Assembly (NCBI RefSeq): GCF_009914755.1
Contig: NC_060925.1
From: the human T2T-CHM13v2.0 reference genome, Homo sapiens
Strand: one strand, 5' to 3'
DNA length: 64,000 nt
In this document: piece after piece, positions 50,818 through 63,283 of the stretch
Layout of the letters: every line of letters begins with the position of its first letter
Numbering within the stretch: the first letter of the stretch is position 1
Program-made: the position numbers and the translations under genes
The notes under the pieces: generated by a model
Database searches by the model: none
What the model was told of the DNA's origin: nothing
What the model saw: only the letters and a program-made list of their open reading frames with translations

Positions 50818-52117
50818 AAAAGAAACTTTGGAAGAATCAAACTCAGGCTTGTGACAGCTAAAACACACTTACCACGTCTTTTAAATGTAAAAACAGAGAG
50901 TGAGAAGGAAGAGGAGGGAGGAAAGGACGGAGAACATTTCTTCACAATCACCGTGATGGAGGAATCACACATCATCAGGTAAAGCCAGCTCCAGAGGCTA
51001 AAATATGGCAAAGGTGACTTGTCTCAAAACCAAAAATTGAAACCTATCCTTTCAATCATTCCCCATCATACTGATCAAGGTACCTGCTTTCCCCTCATTT
51101 AAAGAAAATTCAAGTCTCTAAAAGGACTAAATATCTTCCACCTAGGGAGACACATGCTCATTTAAATTGGTCCACTGCAGGCTATGATAAAGTGGTCACT
51201 AGGATCCTTCAAATGACTGGAGTACGTATCATCGAGTATAAGAAGAAGTGCTTTCTGAATGATGCCGTCACATGATCCATGATAGTGAAGACATAAAAAA
51301 TAACAGAATATTGCAAACTTCTTTATTTTGGCCTGTGTAATCACAGATTTACCTACAACAGGATAAATGAATTCATATTATGAAACTGAAACACACTGGT
51401 AAATATAACATGCTCCATATAAATGGTGCAAGAGAATCCCCAAAGGCAAGAGGAGTGCAGGAGGACCCAGGCCAAACCATTCCTCCTTGGCAGTCTTGTT
51501 CCTCAGTCCTTCTGCTTATATGGGTGGGGAGGCGAAAGGAGAAAGGAATGAGGACAGGAAAAAAGCAACAGCTGTGAAAGATGGGGCCAAGCAGACGTGA
51601 AAACTGAAGCTGTACTCAGGCCATTTTCCTTCTGGGGAATCTTAACACCAAGCTGCACCTAACAATTGTTCTACCCAAGCAACACTGCAAGAAAGCAGAC
51701 ATGAGGAGGATAGAGGCACAGGAGGTTAATGGAAGGCCCTCACTGAAAGCCCTGGCCCACAGAATGTGCCTCCCAAACTGTGTGAGGCCTGCGAGCGTTC
51801 TGTGTACAAGGGACCAGCCCTGTCTCAGGTACCAAGCGGAAATAGTCAATAGCCCATCAACCGACAGGGGCAGCCTGGGGCACCTGCTGATTCTTGCAGT
51901 GATGATCTGTGTTACTTAACTTGACATCAGCGTGGGGATATTCTAAAGGACTACAGAAAGGAAGTGTGCTGGGGGATGGGCAGAAGAGCCCCGCTAGATT
52001 AAAGAGCATGGATGGGATTCCTGGCAGGCAAAATCTTGCTTAATTTGCCTGAAGTTAATTGATTAGAGATAGTGCTCTCATAACTATTGGAAGGAAAACA
52101 ACTGGGTGAGCTGCCAG

Positions 52118-52208
52118 GCTGAGTCAGGAAGTCACCTGCTGGAGCTGAGGCCAAGAGGAGACAGTGCTGCCTAACCAAAGGCCTTCTCAGAACTAGCAAG
52201 TTGAGTCA
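52118..52208. promoter_or_regulatory. Candidate enhancer: overlapping AP-1 and ETS sites, plus a second AP-1 site
   Basis: TGAGTCA at 52120-52126 overlapping CAGGAAGT at 52125-52132; TGAGTCA at 52202-52208; non-repeat context. Motif evidence only. Confidence 0.35.
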
Positions 52209-52289
52209 CAGAAAGGCAGAGAACACAAAAAACAATAAATAAAAGGACAACAGGTCAAATCTAGTCACCATGAATTCTGAAGGAATTCT

Positions 52290-52359
52290 TTTATTTCTGG
52301 GAATTTGGCCTGAACAAATCTCACTTTATTTCTGGGAATTTGGCTAGAATAAATCTTAG
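52290..52359. repeat. Tandem duplication, 35-bp period
   Basis: TTTATTTCTGGGAATTTGGC is identical in both copies; the remainder is diverged. Confidence 0.92.
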
Positions 52360-52925
52360 CAAAAGGGGACCATTCATTCAAGGTGATTTGTCCTCAAAGG
52401 ATTCCCTTCATTCCTTCATTCAGCTGGAAGTCCTGGTGCACTGGAGCCCATGGTTTTTATCTTTAAGTCCCCAGGGGAACAATGCTGGGGTAACCATCCA
52501 GATGGGAAATAGAATTCCTGGCTTGATAGTTTCATATCCCCTGCTTTCCTATGGGCTCAAGGAGGCAGGCCGCAGACCACTGCGTCTCTGGGATTTCTCC
52601 TGGTACAATGCTGGGCACTCAGTGGTTCTTATTGGATGGTGCTGAATTTGAATGACAGCAGACAGTTTGGGTCTTAGACTACTGCCTCATGCACTTTCCC
52701 AGAAAAGAATGATAAATTCAAAAGGCCCTGCTATGTCCCTAGTGCCGCACCTTCCCAGCTCTTATCTCTAGACAAGGGCTCAGGGGCTCAAGGAGAAGCT
52801 GTCTGGAAGGCAATCATATCTGGGAATTAACCTGGAAATAACTGTCTAATGCAGAGCAAAAGGAAGAATAATGTGCCTGAGACATGCAAGTTACGAACGA
52901 GGAGGCTCAGTTCATGGTGTGTGTC

Positions 52926-52970
52926 TGTGTGTGTGTGTGCGCGCGCGCGTGCACGTGCATGTGTGTGTGT
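52926..52970. repeat. 45-bp alternating purine-pyrimidine tract with a (GC)5 core
   Basis: TGTGTGTGTGTGTGCGCGCGCGCGTGCACGTGCATGTGTGTGTGT. Confidence 0.93.
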
Positions 52971-54382
52971 TTTCAAGTACAGGAGATACTACAAAAAGAC
53001 TTCAAAGCATTATCAATTGCATTATTTATTGGTCCAAAAAATGTATTCCAGCAGGAAGAGAGAAAAGAAAGAGGATAAAGATTAAAGCACCAGGAATAAA
53101 TTAAGAATCAAGGAAGGGGGCCATTTGTAAATGTTTCATGTAGTAAATTAAACAGGCTACTTCACAAAAGATGGAGGAGATAAGGTGAGTTCCTGGCCAA
53201 AGCAAGAGTCATGGGGAGTAGAAGAAAGAGGGAAGAAAGAGATGAGATCCTGGAGCTAGACGGAGCTGTCCTTTCCTAGTAGGTGTCAGGAGAGGCACTG
53301 TGTAACTGGTTTCCCTTCAGTTGCTCAGAGGCTACTAAGTGCACAATCATAGCCAGTCCGAGTGTCCTGAAAGAGGCCCTAGGGTGGGGGTGGTACAATG
53401 AAGGGGAGAGCAGCTTTCCCAGCAAGGCGAGGCAGCCTCACAGAAAGCCTTTGGAATCAGATCTCTAGTAGGCTCTTCCATTCAGGTAGAAAGAGGTATT
53501 CCTGATCACCACCTTAGCCTTGGCAGCCAGAAAGACTGGGATTCTCCATTGGCCTAGGAAGATCTGACAATCTAGGGGTCCTGGTTACAGCCTGAGCAGT
53601 GGGCTGAGGAACCCTCCATCCCTCGCAAGAAGCCAGGGTGACCGCATGGAAGTGAGGAATCTGGAAGTCTAGGACAAGAACGCCTATTTTTAGACTTGGG
53701 GACAGGACTGGGACTGACACAGCCTCTGGCCTGCCTATCAAGAGAAATCTTTACTGTTTAAATATTTCAACAGCCACAAGTCTGCAGGTGATCCATCTAA
53801 ACTGTGAAGCAGAATCAGCATCAGAGTTGGAAGTGACTCTACTCATTGACCCCCAAAATATCAAGTGCCTACTCTGTGTCAGGTTTGTTAGCAGAGCTGT
53901 CCCATAATAACTCTGGGAGCCCGCTCTGCAACATCTGGGCACTGAGCTAGCTGGGACTGGGAGCTTCCCCTTCTCCCTGTGGGAGGGACTACACTCAAGC
54001 TCCACTTCCCAGGGGCTGGGGGCTTCTACTGTCCATTGAGGTGGGTGGTTTACAGCTTCTCATGGGCCTTAGGGCTCTCCGGTGCCAGGCAGAAGGCTTT
54101 CCTAGACCACTCCTGTAAGCAGCTGGCATCCCAGATCCAGCCTGCCTGTGCCTTTCTATGGCCCTTCATTACTGTTTGCTCTCTCATTTTTCCTGTAGAG
54201 GGAGGATAAGCAAGGGGGATGTGGTCCCTCCACCGGAATGCAGGCTCAGAGTATGCCCAAGCCCCAGCACCCCTGATGAGATAATGAGGAACCCATGTCT
54301 ATCTTATCTTACTGACCATCGGCCCATGTAAGTCTATTCCTTAACCTCTGCAGCATTGTAGAATTTGTCCCAAATCCTAATA

Positions 54383-54865
<483 letters not shown>

Positions 54866-55002
54866 GTCTGGGAGCCAAAGATCCATGGGACCCACCCTAC
54901 AAGACCCAAGCGCCGTTAGTTACCGGGGATAAAGCAGGTGGCAAAGCTACCCTGAGATGTAAATGTTAAACAAAGATTACATATGTAAAATTATAAATTG
55001 TT

Positions 55003-55298
55003 GGCCAGGCATGGTGGCTCACTCCTGTAATCCCAGCACTTTGGGAGGCCAAGGCGGGTGGATCACCCGAGGTCAGGAATTCGAGACCAGCCTGGCCAAC
55101 ATGGCGAAACCCCATCTCTACTAAAAATACAAAAATTAGCCGGGCGTGGTGGTGCGTGCCTGTAGTCCCAGCTGTTCTGGAGGCTGGAGACACAAGAATC
55201 GCTTGAACGTGGGAGGCAGAAGTTGCAGCGAGTGGAGGTCATGCCACTGCACTCCAGCCTGGGTAACAGACTGAGACTCTGTCTCAATAATAATAATA
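55003..55298 (+). mobile_element. Full-length AluSx/Sz-like element
   Basis: Dimer with an (AAT)n tail; TSD ATAAATTGTT. Confidence 0.95.
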
Positions 55299-56319
55299 AT
55301 AAATTGTTTAAGTGCTATGAAGAAAAAAAAATGCCATGAGTAAAAGCCAATGTGGGGACTAACCTGGATTGGGAGCATGAGAGCAAGGGAAGGTCTCTGA
55401 GGAAATGGTTTATGGGTGCCTTCCATCCCCTGGATTTTTCTAGGGTAGCCAGGATTCAACTATTCTGCTCCATTTTTTAACCTAGAAATTCTGGTATTTT
55501 CGCATCCAAAACTGTATTTTTCAGATGGCTGCCTGCTTCTGAAAGTAGCCAAAAAGACCTCTGTTTGACTGCATATGCCAATTAAGAAACGATGGTCACT
55601 AGACTTAAAAGCCATTTATCTGGTATAAAATGATATGAAGCAGGAGTCACATGATAGGGGTCTCCTGGCATCTCCATACTGTTCTGGAAAGTACCACCAC
55701 TTTACATGTTTCAAATCACACTGGGGAACTAGCTTTTTCTACTATCCCAAAGTTGGTCAGATAAACCCGCTCCCACCCGCCCCCAAGCAGTGCTGGGCTG
55801 GCCCAGCCTCAGTGCCCAGTTGCTTTCTCTTCTCCAGCTGTCAGTTCTAGAAGGCTTTTCAGGGGAGGCCTTAGGGGAAAGAGGTGGGGAGTCAGGAGGG
55901 CATCCACAGTGGCTGTATAGCCAAGCAGCCCTCTTCTGGGAGAAGGACCCAGGCCTGTGGTGGGTGGTAGCAGAGTAACAGGGAGAAAGGTCACCCTGGC
56001 ACTAGAGGGGGGGTGGTGCTTTTACTCACAGAATACCAGGCAGGCCAGCATTTTAAGGGGAATGCCAGAAGAGGCCCATTCTTCGAGAGCTGGGGCAGCC
56101 ACACACACAGAGAGAGGCTGTGGTATGCCAATTTCTTTTTGGCCAGCATCCTGGGATCTAGTTGATCCTGTTATTGATAAATATGGGGCAGTGACCCTCT
56201 AAAAAGAGGTTGATCTTCAGGAACTGTCATGGTGGCCAGCTCCAGGGGCACCCTTCTTTTTTCCCTTCTTACTCTGTGAGTCATGCAGCCTGCCAGACTC
56301 TGAGGCAAGGCCCCAGATG

Positions 56320-56545
56320 CACTTTATACTTGTGCAGAGTTTTATTGTGTAAAAACTACCTCTCATGCTCTTAGGTGAAACTCATAACAATTGTATGAGT
56401 AAAGCAGAGATGCCTCCCCTTTCATTTTACAGATGAGGAAATAGAGGCTCTGGAGGTGATGAAATTTGCTCAAGGTCATACAATTACTAAATGGTACCTG
56501 TAGAATGTGAGCCTTGGCTTCAAGTCCAGCCCTCTTTTAATCCAT
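56320..56545 (-). mobile_element. MIR SINE
   Basis: CATTTTACAGATGAGGAAATAGAGGCTCTGGAGGTGATGAAATTTGCTCAAGGTCATACA. Confidence 0.88.
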
Positions 56546-56634
56546 CCCAGTGCCTCTCAAAGCCTCTCTTCTACTCCCCATAGCACCAGGACAGCACGGG
56601 GGCTGCAATACACAGACTATGATGTCACACAATC

Positions 56635-56947
<313 letters not shown>

Positions 56948-59554
56948 TAACAGTCCCTTATGCCCTGGGTAGAGGGCACACCAAGGTTTTCTGCAGAATG
57001 GGACAGAGGAAGGGGGAAATTGTTGACTTCAGCACAGCCCTCTCTGGCTTTGGGAATCTTCTGTCCAGTAATATAGTCAGAGTAGACCGTTCATTACCAT
57101 TCATTAGGGAAACTCCAGAAACTTATAAGATTTCACACTGCAACAGGGGAAGAGAAGGCCAGAGAAACCACCACCTTGTGGGTTGGAGGAAGGGACTAGG
57201 TTTTAAGTAGAAAATAATGGATTTATTAAGCAGAGAGGAATTACCAAACTGATTTCTATAAAATGAGTCCACATCTATAGTTGCCCGATTCCTGTGTGCC
57301 TATCTCCCCTGATGTTACTGAGCTCAGGGCAGTCTTAGAGAGCCACAGGGAGGTATGACCACAGCACTGGCTTATGTCCCTCTGCCAACCTGGGTTGTGC
57401 AGCTGCTCGGCAACCGAGATAGAAATCAGGGTCTAAGGAGGTAGGAATTCAGTGAGGGTCACACACTTCAGTCCTCCTCTGGGAGCTTTCACTTCATTCC
57501 CCAGTTTCTGAGTGTAAAGTGAGGAAGGGAAAGGGAAGGGTGCATAATATTAAAGTGTTTTAAATTCAGGTCCCATGAATTCATGTTTATGTTGGAGAGG
57601 ATGGGGCTGATATATACCACTATATTTACTGGAAGATTTAATGAGCAGATTAATAAACAACAAAGACTTGGGAAGATATTAAGCTCCTAGGGGCAAACTG
57701 TGTATTCCTTTATCTTTCACATGCAAAAAAAAAAAAAAAAAATGCTTTACTAAGGAACAAAGTATTTCACCTTTTTCTTAAAGTAGGCATGCTTGAATGG
57801 CTTGAATGTAATAGTATTCTACCGAGTTCTTTACTATGATTTCACAGTTTAGGATTTCATTAGTTCTAATTTGGCTAGTCCACCAACTAGTTTATATTGA
57901 TGAAACTGGACATATTCATCATTATAAAAAACAACATTTTCCCCCTAGCTGCACCATGTAATAAATACATAAAAAAATCACACAAATATAATTTAAGTCC
58001 TGAGATGAGATCCTTTGACAGGGAACAAATGAGTAGAGCAGGTTCAGGAATGAGTGAGAAAAAGACAGTCAGTACATGCCAATGCACGTGTGTGTGTTCA
58101 GGCACAATGGCACTGCCAGCCACGTGCCTTGGCTCTGCTCAGGGGCAGAGCTCTGGTTTCACTCTGTAGGCGGCACAGCTGCATGGGTGTGAAGGCCAGG
58201 TCCCAGGGTGATGCATCATGTGTCAGGTGCAGGAGGTCAGCAGGAGCCAGCAGGTCCACGTGCTCCTGTGTCCAGGTGGCCTTCAGACCTCCCCAGGGCG
58301 TGACGCAGGAGTGGGATAGTGGGTATCTGGGCTCTCTTATCCCATGTTCACCCCTTGATGCCCAACCCTGACCATCAGAAACAAAACACACACATCTCAC
58401 ACTCAATCTGCCTCATAGACAGTCACTTTTAGAAACAGAAGGAGAAAGAAACCCTTAGTTAACGAAGCATTTACTGAGCAACTATTATGACAGAACTCCC
58501 AAACCATAATCCCTCTCCTCGAAATCCTTAAGATTTATTTTAGAGATAATACAGTGCCTAACACAGGGTTGCATGTCAGAGTGAAACTTACGGCTGGGAA
58601 ATGATAATAAAAAGAACCAATATTCAACGTTATGGTACTATGGAAGCTACATAATCATAATAATAACTCTATCAAAATACATTGCTCCCCTAGGAGGTGG
58701 CAGGCCGAGATAAATAAGCACAGCCCCTTTCCAAAGAGATCTGACCCCTTACACCAAAGACTCTCCTGGCCCATGCCAGGCAGGCATCAGTTCTGAGGTG
58801 CTTTTCTAACTGGAAGGCTGGACTTGGCTTTGTGGTGACTTGCCCATCCTCCCTGGCTGGACTGTCTCACCCCACAGCCTCCTGTCACCCTTGAGTCCTC
58901 CCTGTATTAGCCCTCTTGAACCAGGCTTCCCACTCCCCAGATTTATTCAGAACCTCAGGCCTGAAACCTCCACTTGGCCCTTCACACCCCACCTGTCCTA
59001 CCTGCTCCCACTGCCCCAGGCTTTGGCCTTCTGGCTGTTTCCTGTTCACAGACTCTCCTTGCCCTGTCCACTTGGCTCTGCTCCGGCTTCCTCCTCTTGC
59101 CTTCCTGTACTGCCCCAGTTTGAATTCTCCCCAGGCTCTCCTGCTTTCGGTAGCCAGGTTTGGCCTCATTTTAGAGGCTTGGCTCTTGATACCCTGCAGT
59201 CCCTCGTCTTGCTCAAATGCCACCAGGGTCCCACTATGTCCACCCAGCCCCTCAAAAAGAATCCTAATAAGAAAGTTCTTCAGTTCCCTTGGCTGGATGG
59301 GAAAGCTACCTCAGGCCACCTCAGAGCCCAGGCAGGCTCACTGCCTGCAAACAGAGAGGCAGAAACATATAGAACTCCCAAGAGAGGCTTCTGGGAGAGA
59401 TTTTACCTGAGCTTTTAAGTAAAAGGAGATAATGGATGGCCAGATTTTCACTAGAGAGAGAAAACCTTGTATGGGGGAAACCTAACAGCAAAGAACAGAC
59501 AGCATGAGCAATACCCACAGGGCCCTAGTGGTAATGAACAGTTCTATATCATGC

Positions 59555-59730
59555 CCAAGTCCTCAGTGTCAGGGTGTTCAATCAGCAACACAGCATCACC
59601 TGGGCGCTTATTAGAAATGCAGAATTTTGACCCCTCTCCTGACCTACTGAATTGGAACCTACTTGGAACCTGATTTTTAACAAGATCCCAGATGATTTGT
59701 GTGCAGATTACAGGTTAAGAGACACCAGGT
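59555..59730. mobile_element. MER5A element
   Basis: CAGCATCACCTGGGCGCTTATTAGAAATGCAGAATT...GACCTACTGAAT...TTTTAACAAGATCCCAGATGATTTGTGTGCA. Confidence 0.82.
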
Positions 59731-59827
59731 TATAGAAATAACTTGGGACATAGGCAACTTCCCTTGGCCACCTCTGTCAGTGGAATGTTGTGAGGACCCC
59801 TGCATGACAGGAGCCAAGGCTGCTCAC

Positions 59828-60126
59828 TTTTTTTTTTTTTTTTTTGGGATGGAGCCTCGCTCTGTCATCCAGCCTAGAGTACAATGGCGTGATCTCATCT
59901 CATTGCGGCCTCCTCCTCCCAGGTTCAAGTGATTCTCATGCCTCAGCCTCCCGAGTAGCTGGGACTACAGGCACACACCACCATGCCTGGCTAATTTTTG
60001 TATTTTTAGTAGAGATGGGGTTTCACCATGCTGGCCAGGCTGGTCTCAAACTCCTGATCTCAGGTGATCTGCCCACCTCCGTCTCCCAAAGTGCTGGGAT
60101 TACAGGCGTGAGCCGCCGCGTCCAGC
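59828..60126 (-). mobile_element. Full-length AluSx/Sz-like element
   Basis: Dimer with poly(T); degenerate TSD GGCTGCTYRCT. Confidence 0.95.
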
Positions 60127-60169
60127 TGGCTGCTTGCTATCTTACTGCAGGCACGTGGGCTGAAATGTG

Positions 60170-60375
60170 GGCAGCAGAAAGAGCATGGGATCTGGAATTG
60201 AGGATGTGACTTCAAGCTCTGATTTGATCACACACTCCCACATACCACAGTTTGCTCCTTTGAGCCTCAGATTCCCCAAATGGAAAAATAGGGATAATAA
60301 CAATAATACCAACCTCATAAAGTTGTAGCAAGGATCCGATAAGATAAAATATGTGAAAGTGCCTTGTCCAAAGTA
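60170..60375 (+). mobile_element. MIR SINE
   Basis: TTTGAGCCTCAGATTCCCCAAATGGAAAAATAGGGATAATAA...ACCTCATAAAGTTGTAGCAAGGAT...ATGTGAAAGTGCCTTG. Confidence 0.85.
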
Positions 60376-61553
60376 AAGCAGAGTACAGACGCTAACTGTG
60401 CTATTTGTGTCCTGTACACACACGAGGACTTGCACACATTTTAGAGTTCTAAGCCAGGAAGGTCACCCAGCCTGTTACTTCAATAGACTCAGCTGCATCG
60501 AAAACATTTAAAGGCAGCAACAAGTAGGTCCTGATGAGTTTATCTGGGGCACAAAGGGAAAAATCAGACATAATTTTGGGTCTGGTAGAAACTGAGCCCA
60601 GGACAAGGTTTAAGAATCTAACTGCTCATCCCAAATCTTCAGTTTCATAAGCCAAGTCACAGGAAGGAATCTTGGTCTTCTAATTATACTGTCAAATCTC
60701 TTAAGCTGTAGGTGGTAGCTTTTTTGGCTGGGCCAGGATGGGATTACAGGGGAATCAAAAGATAAAGATAGGAATTACAAGTCAAGCAGGGACAGGTGGC
60801 AGGGAATGAGCCAATGTAAGATGGGATTTCGGAAGCCTCTTTCCAATGCCATCTTGTTTAAGACATTTGTATCTTACACTCTCCAGAGCAAACTGGATGG
60901 GCAGATACTATTAGAATCCAAGTTTGGGATGACTCTTAAAAATATGAGAGCTCATCTAATGTTCTCATTTTACAATGAACACAATTGAGGTTAAGAACTT
61001 GCCCTGGTGGCAAATTTGGAGTAGAATCCAAGTTCTGGCACCTAGTCCAGGGCAACAGGTACTTCTCTTAAGAGACACTGATCAATTCAGTCACTTAAGA
61101 GCCTCCAGAGGAAGAATAATGGACTGGTGCTAAGCTGGTAGGAGTTTCCTAGGCAGAGCTTTCTGGAGGAGGCATCTTTGAGTTGTGGTTCTATAGAGAG
61201 GAGAGTTATGTCTGGGGTTCCAGTACTCCCAGGCCCTCTTTGATGTGGTGTAGGAAACTGAGAGGGTCATCTACATAGACTGAGTTACAGTTTGGGCTGA
61301 GGTGGAGCAGAAGAGAGAGAAGGTCAGGAGGCTGATGAGCTGGACGCAAGCTCAGAAATCACATTGATGAGGCTGCATTTGACAGAAGAGCTGGGAGGGC
61401 TGTGCAGGGACAGAGCCAGGACTAGATGCCCATCCTCACACGAAGAAAGCAGTTTTAGTGGCTGTATGACAAATGACTAGAAGAAGATAGAGCCTGGACA
61501 TAAAATTCAATTTTAAGAATTTTAGCAAGAGTCAGAAGAGGCTAAGTGTGGAG

Positions 61554-61666
61554 TAGGGCAACCAATGATCCCAGTTTGCCTGGGACTAAGGGGTTTCCCA
61601 GGATGCAAGGCTTTAAGTGCTAACGTTAGGACAGTTCCAGGCAAAGTGAGACAGCTAGTCACCCTG
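61554..61666. mobile_element. MER81 hAT-Blackjack MITE
   Basis: TAGGGCAACCA...CCCAGTTTGCCTGGGACTAAGGGGTTTCCCAGGA...CCAGGCAAA...GTCACCCTG with terminal inverted repeats; degenerate 8-bp TSD GTGTGGAG / GTGTAGTG. Confidence 0.85.
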
Positions 61667-61959
61667 GTGTAGTGGGTAGGGGCCACTGGGGTAGCGGCCT
61701 GGCTGGACCTGAGGGTGCCTGCTGCTGAGAGGTAGGAGAAGAGGGGGGCTGAAAATGTGAGGGTGGAATCCTCACTAACTTTTGACTTGAAGTGCAAAGG
61801 CTGAGTGGAAATTTAGCTGTGGTTCCAGTAGCTTAAATTATTGTTTACAACATTGAGGCACTGTATGAAGAAATGCAAGAAATAAAAATATGAATAAAGC
61901 CCCCAAATCCAGGAGAAATATTAGACATGTGCTGAACCATATAAGAAACCATAGGCGAT

Positions 61960-62330
61960 ACCTGCTCTAAAGGACAAGCAGAACACCATGGAAACACAAA
62001 TTAGAGAAGAGAGAGATTCCAGCTGGATGTAGACTGAGGAAGGCTGCAAGCAGAAAACAGAATCTGAGCTGGATTTTGAAGGCCAGATTGGGTTTTGATG
62101 GGAGGAGGTAAGGTAGTGTGAAGGACATGCCGAAGTGAGTACACTGCATGTTCTGTAACTATTGTAGCCCAGTGGGGCAAAGGTATCAGGCAAAAGAATG
62201 AAGATACAATCTGAACTGCAACTGGAAATACAAGTTTATAGAAGATCCCTGGGTCTGGATTTTACTCCAAGGCTGTAAGGAATCATCGAAGATTTTAGAA
62301 CAAGAAAAGGACAGAGATCAGAGCTTGAAA
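61960..62330 (-). mobile_element. L2 fragment
   Basis: GAGGAAGGCTGC...TCTGAGCTGGATTTTGAAGG...TGGATTTTACTCC...GAATCATCGAAGATTTTAGAACAAG. Confidence 0.7.
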
Positions 62331-62398
62331 GTCAACAAAAGGTTGTTCTTAACCAGCTATAATGAAGGAGAGTCCATAACTCCTTGGGTATCACTTAC

Positions 62399-62624
62399 CA
62401 CCAGCTCATAACTCCTGGCAGCCGGAAGCTCTAATGTCTAACACAAATCTCTTTCCTGAGATCCTGATGTCCGCTGTGCTTTGTGAATCTCTCCGTCAAG
62501 CAGAGAGTTCCACTGGTTTCTATGTAGCTGCGCTTCATGAGAAGGCAAAGGAAGCTGATATTTTACTCTGAGAGTCAAAGGAACTGTCAATTAACCAAAT
62601 ACGTGGACCTTCTTCCAAGAACTT
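62399..62624 (-). other. Candidate 226-nt non-coding exon
   Basis: Minus-strand acceptor CTGTGTTTCTTCTCCCCAG| and donor GTG|GTAAGTGA; no repeat recognised; the two frames I translated contain stops. Confidence 0.3.
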
Positions 62625-62805
62625 CTGGGGAGAAGAAACACAGTTTACATAAGAATATTTTCTGCATAAAAAGAAGATTCCTGTGCTGGCTTCAAGGTAC
62701 TCAAGGAAGAGGAGGTGGAAAATGAGAAATAGGGAACAGAGGATGAGGAGGGAAAAGAGAAGGAGGAGAACGGAGGAAATTAGAAAGAGGAAGAGGAAAG
62801 GGATG

Positions 62806-63283
62806 TGTAGTTGGTTAAATTATGCCTCCTCACCAAGCCCCTCCAAAGATATGTGCCAGGGTCCTAAACCCTGGTACCTATGAATGTGACCTCATTTGGA
62901 AATAAGATCTTTGAAAATGTAATTAATTTAAGGAGCTCAAGATGAAATCATCTTGCATTTAGAGTGGGCCCTGAGTCCTGTGACTATGTTCGTATAAGAG
63001 AAAGGTGTGGGAGATTTGAACCCTAGAGACACAGGGGTGAAGGCCATATGAACACAGAGGCAGAGATTGGAATGATGTGGTCACAAGCCAAGGATCACCA
63101 GGAGCCACCAGAAGCTGAAAGAGGCAAGGAAGTGTTCTCCCCTATAGCCTTCAAAGGAAATGTGGCCCTACCAACACCTTGATTTCTGACCTCTGACCCC
63201 TGAAAGTGTGAGAGAATAAATTTATGTTGTTTTAAGCCACCAAATTTATGATAATCTGCTACACCAGTCATAGGAAACGAATA
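62806..63283 (+). mobile_element. MaLR solo LTR, MLT1C-like
   Basis: AAAGATATGTGCCAGGGTCCTAAACCCTGGTACCTATGAATGTGACCTCATTTGGAAATAAGATCTTTG...GTGAGAGAATAAATTTATGTTGTTTTAAGCCACC...TAGGAAAC. Confidence 0.92.

Noticed and set aside
58840-59418. Overlapping 192-, 164- and 112-aa ORFs
   Set aside because: C/T-rich, stop-poor sequence with non-ATG starts and no recognisable protein similarity or splice structure.
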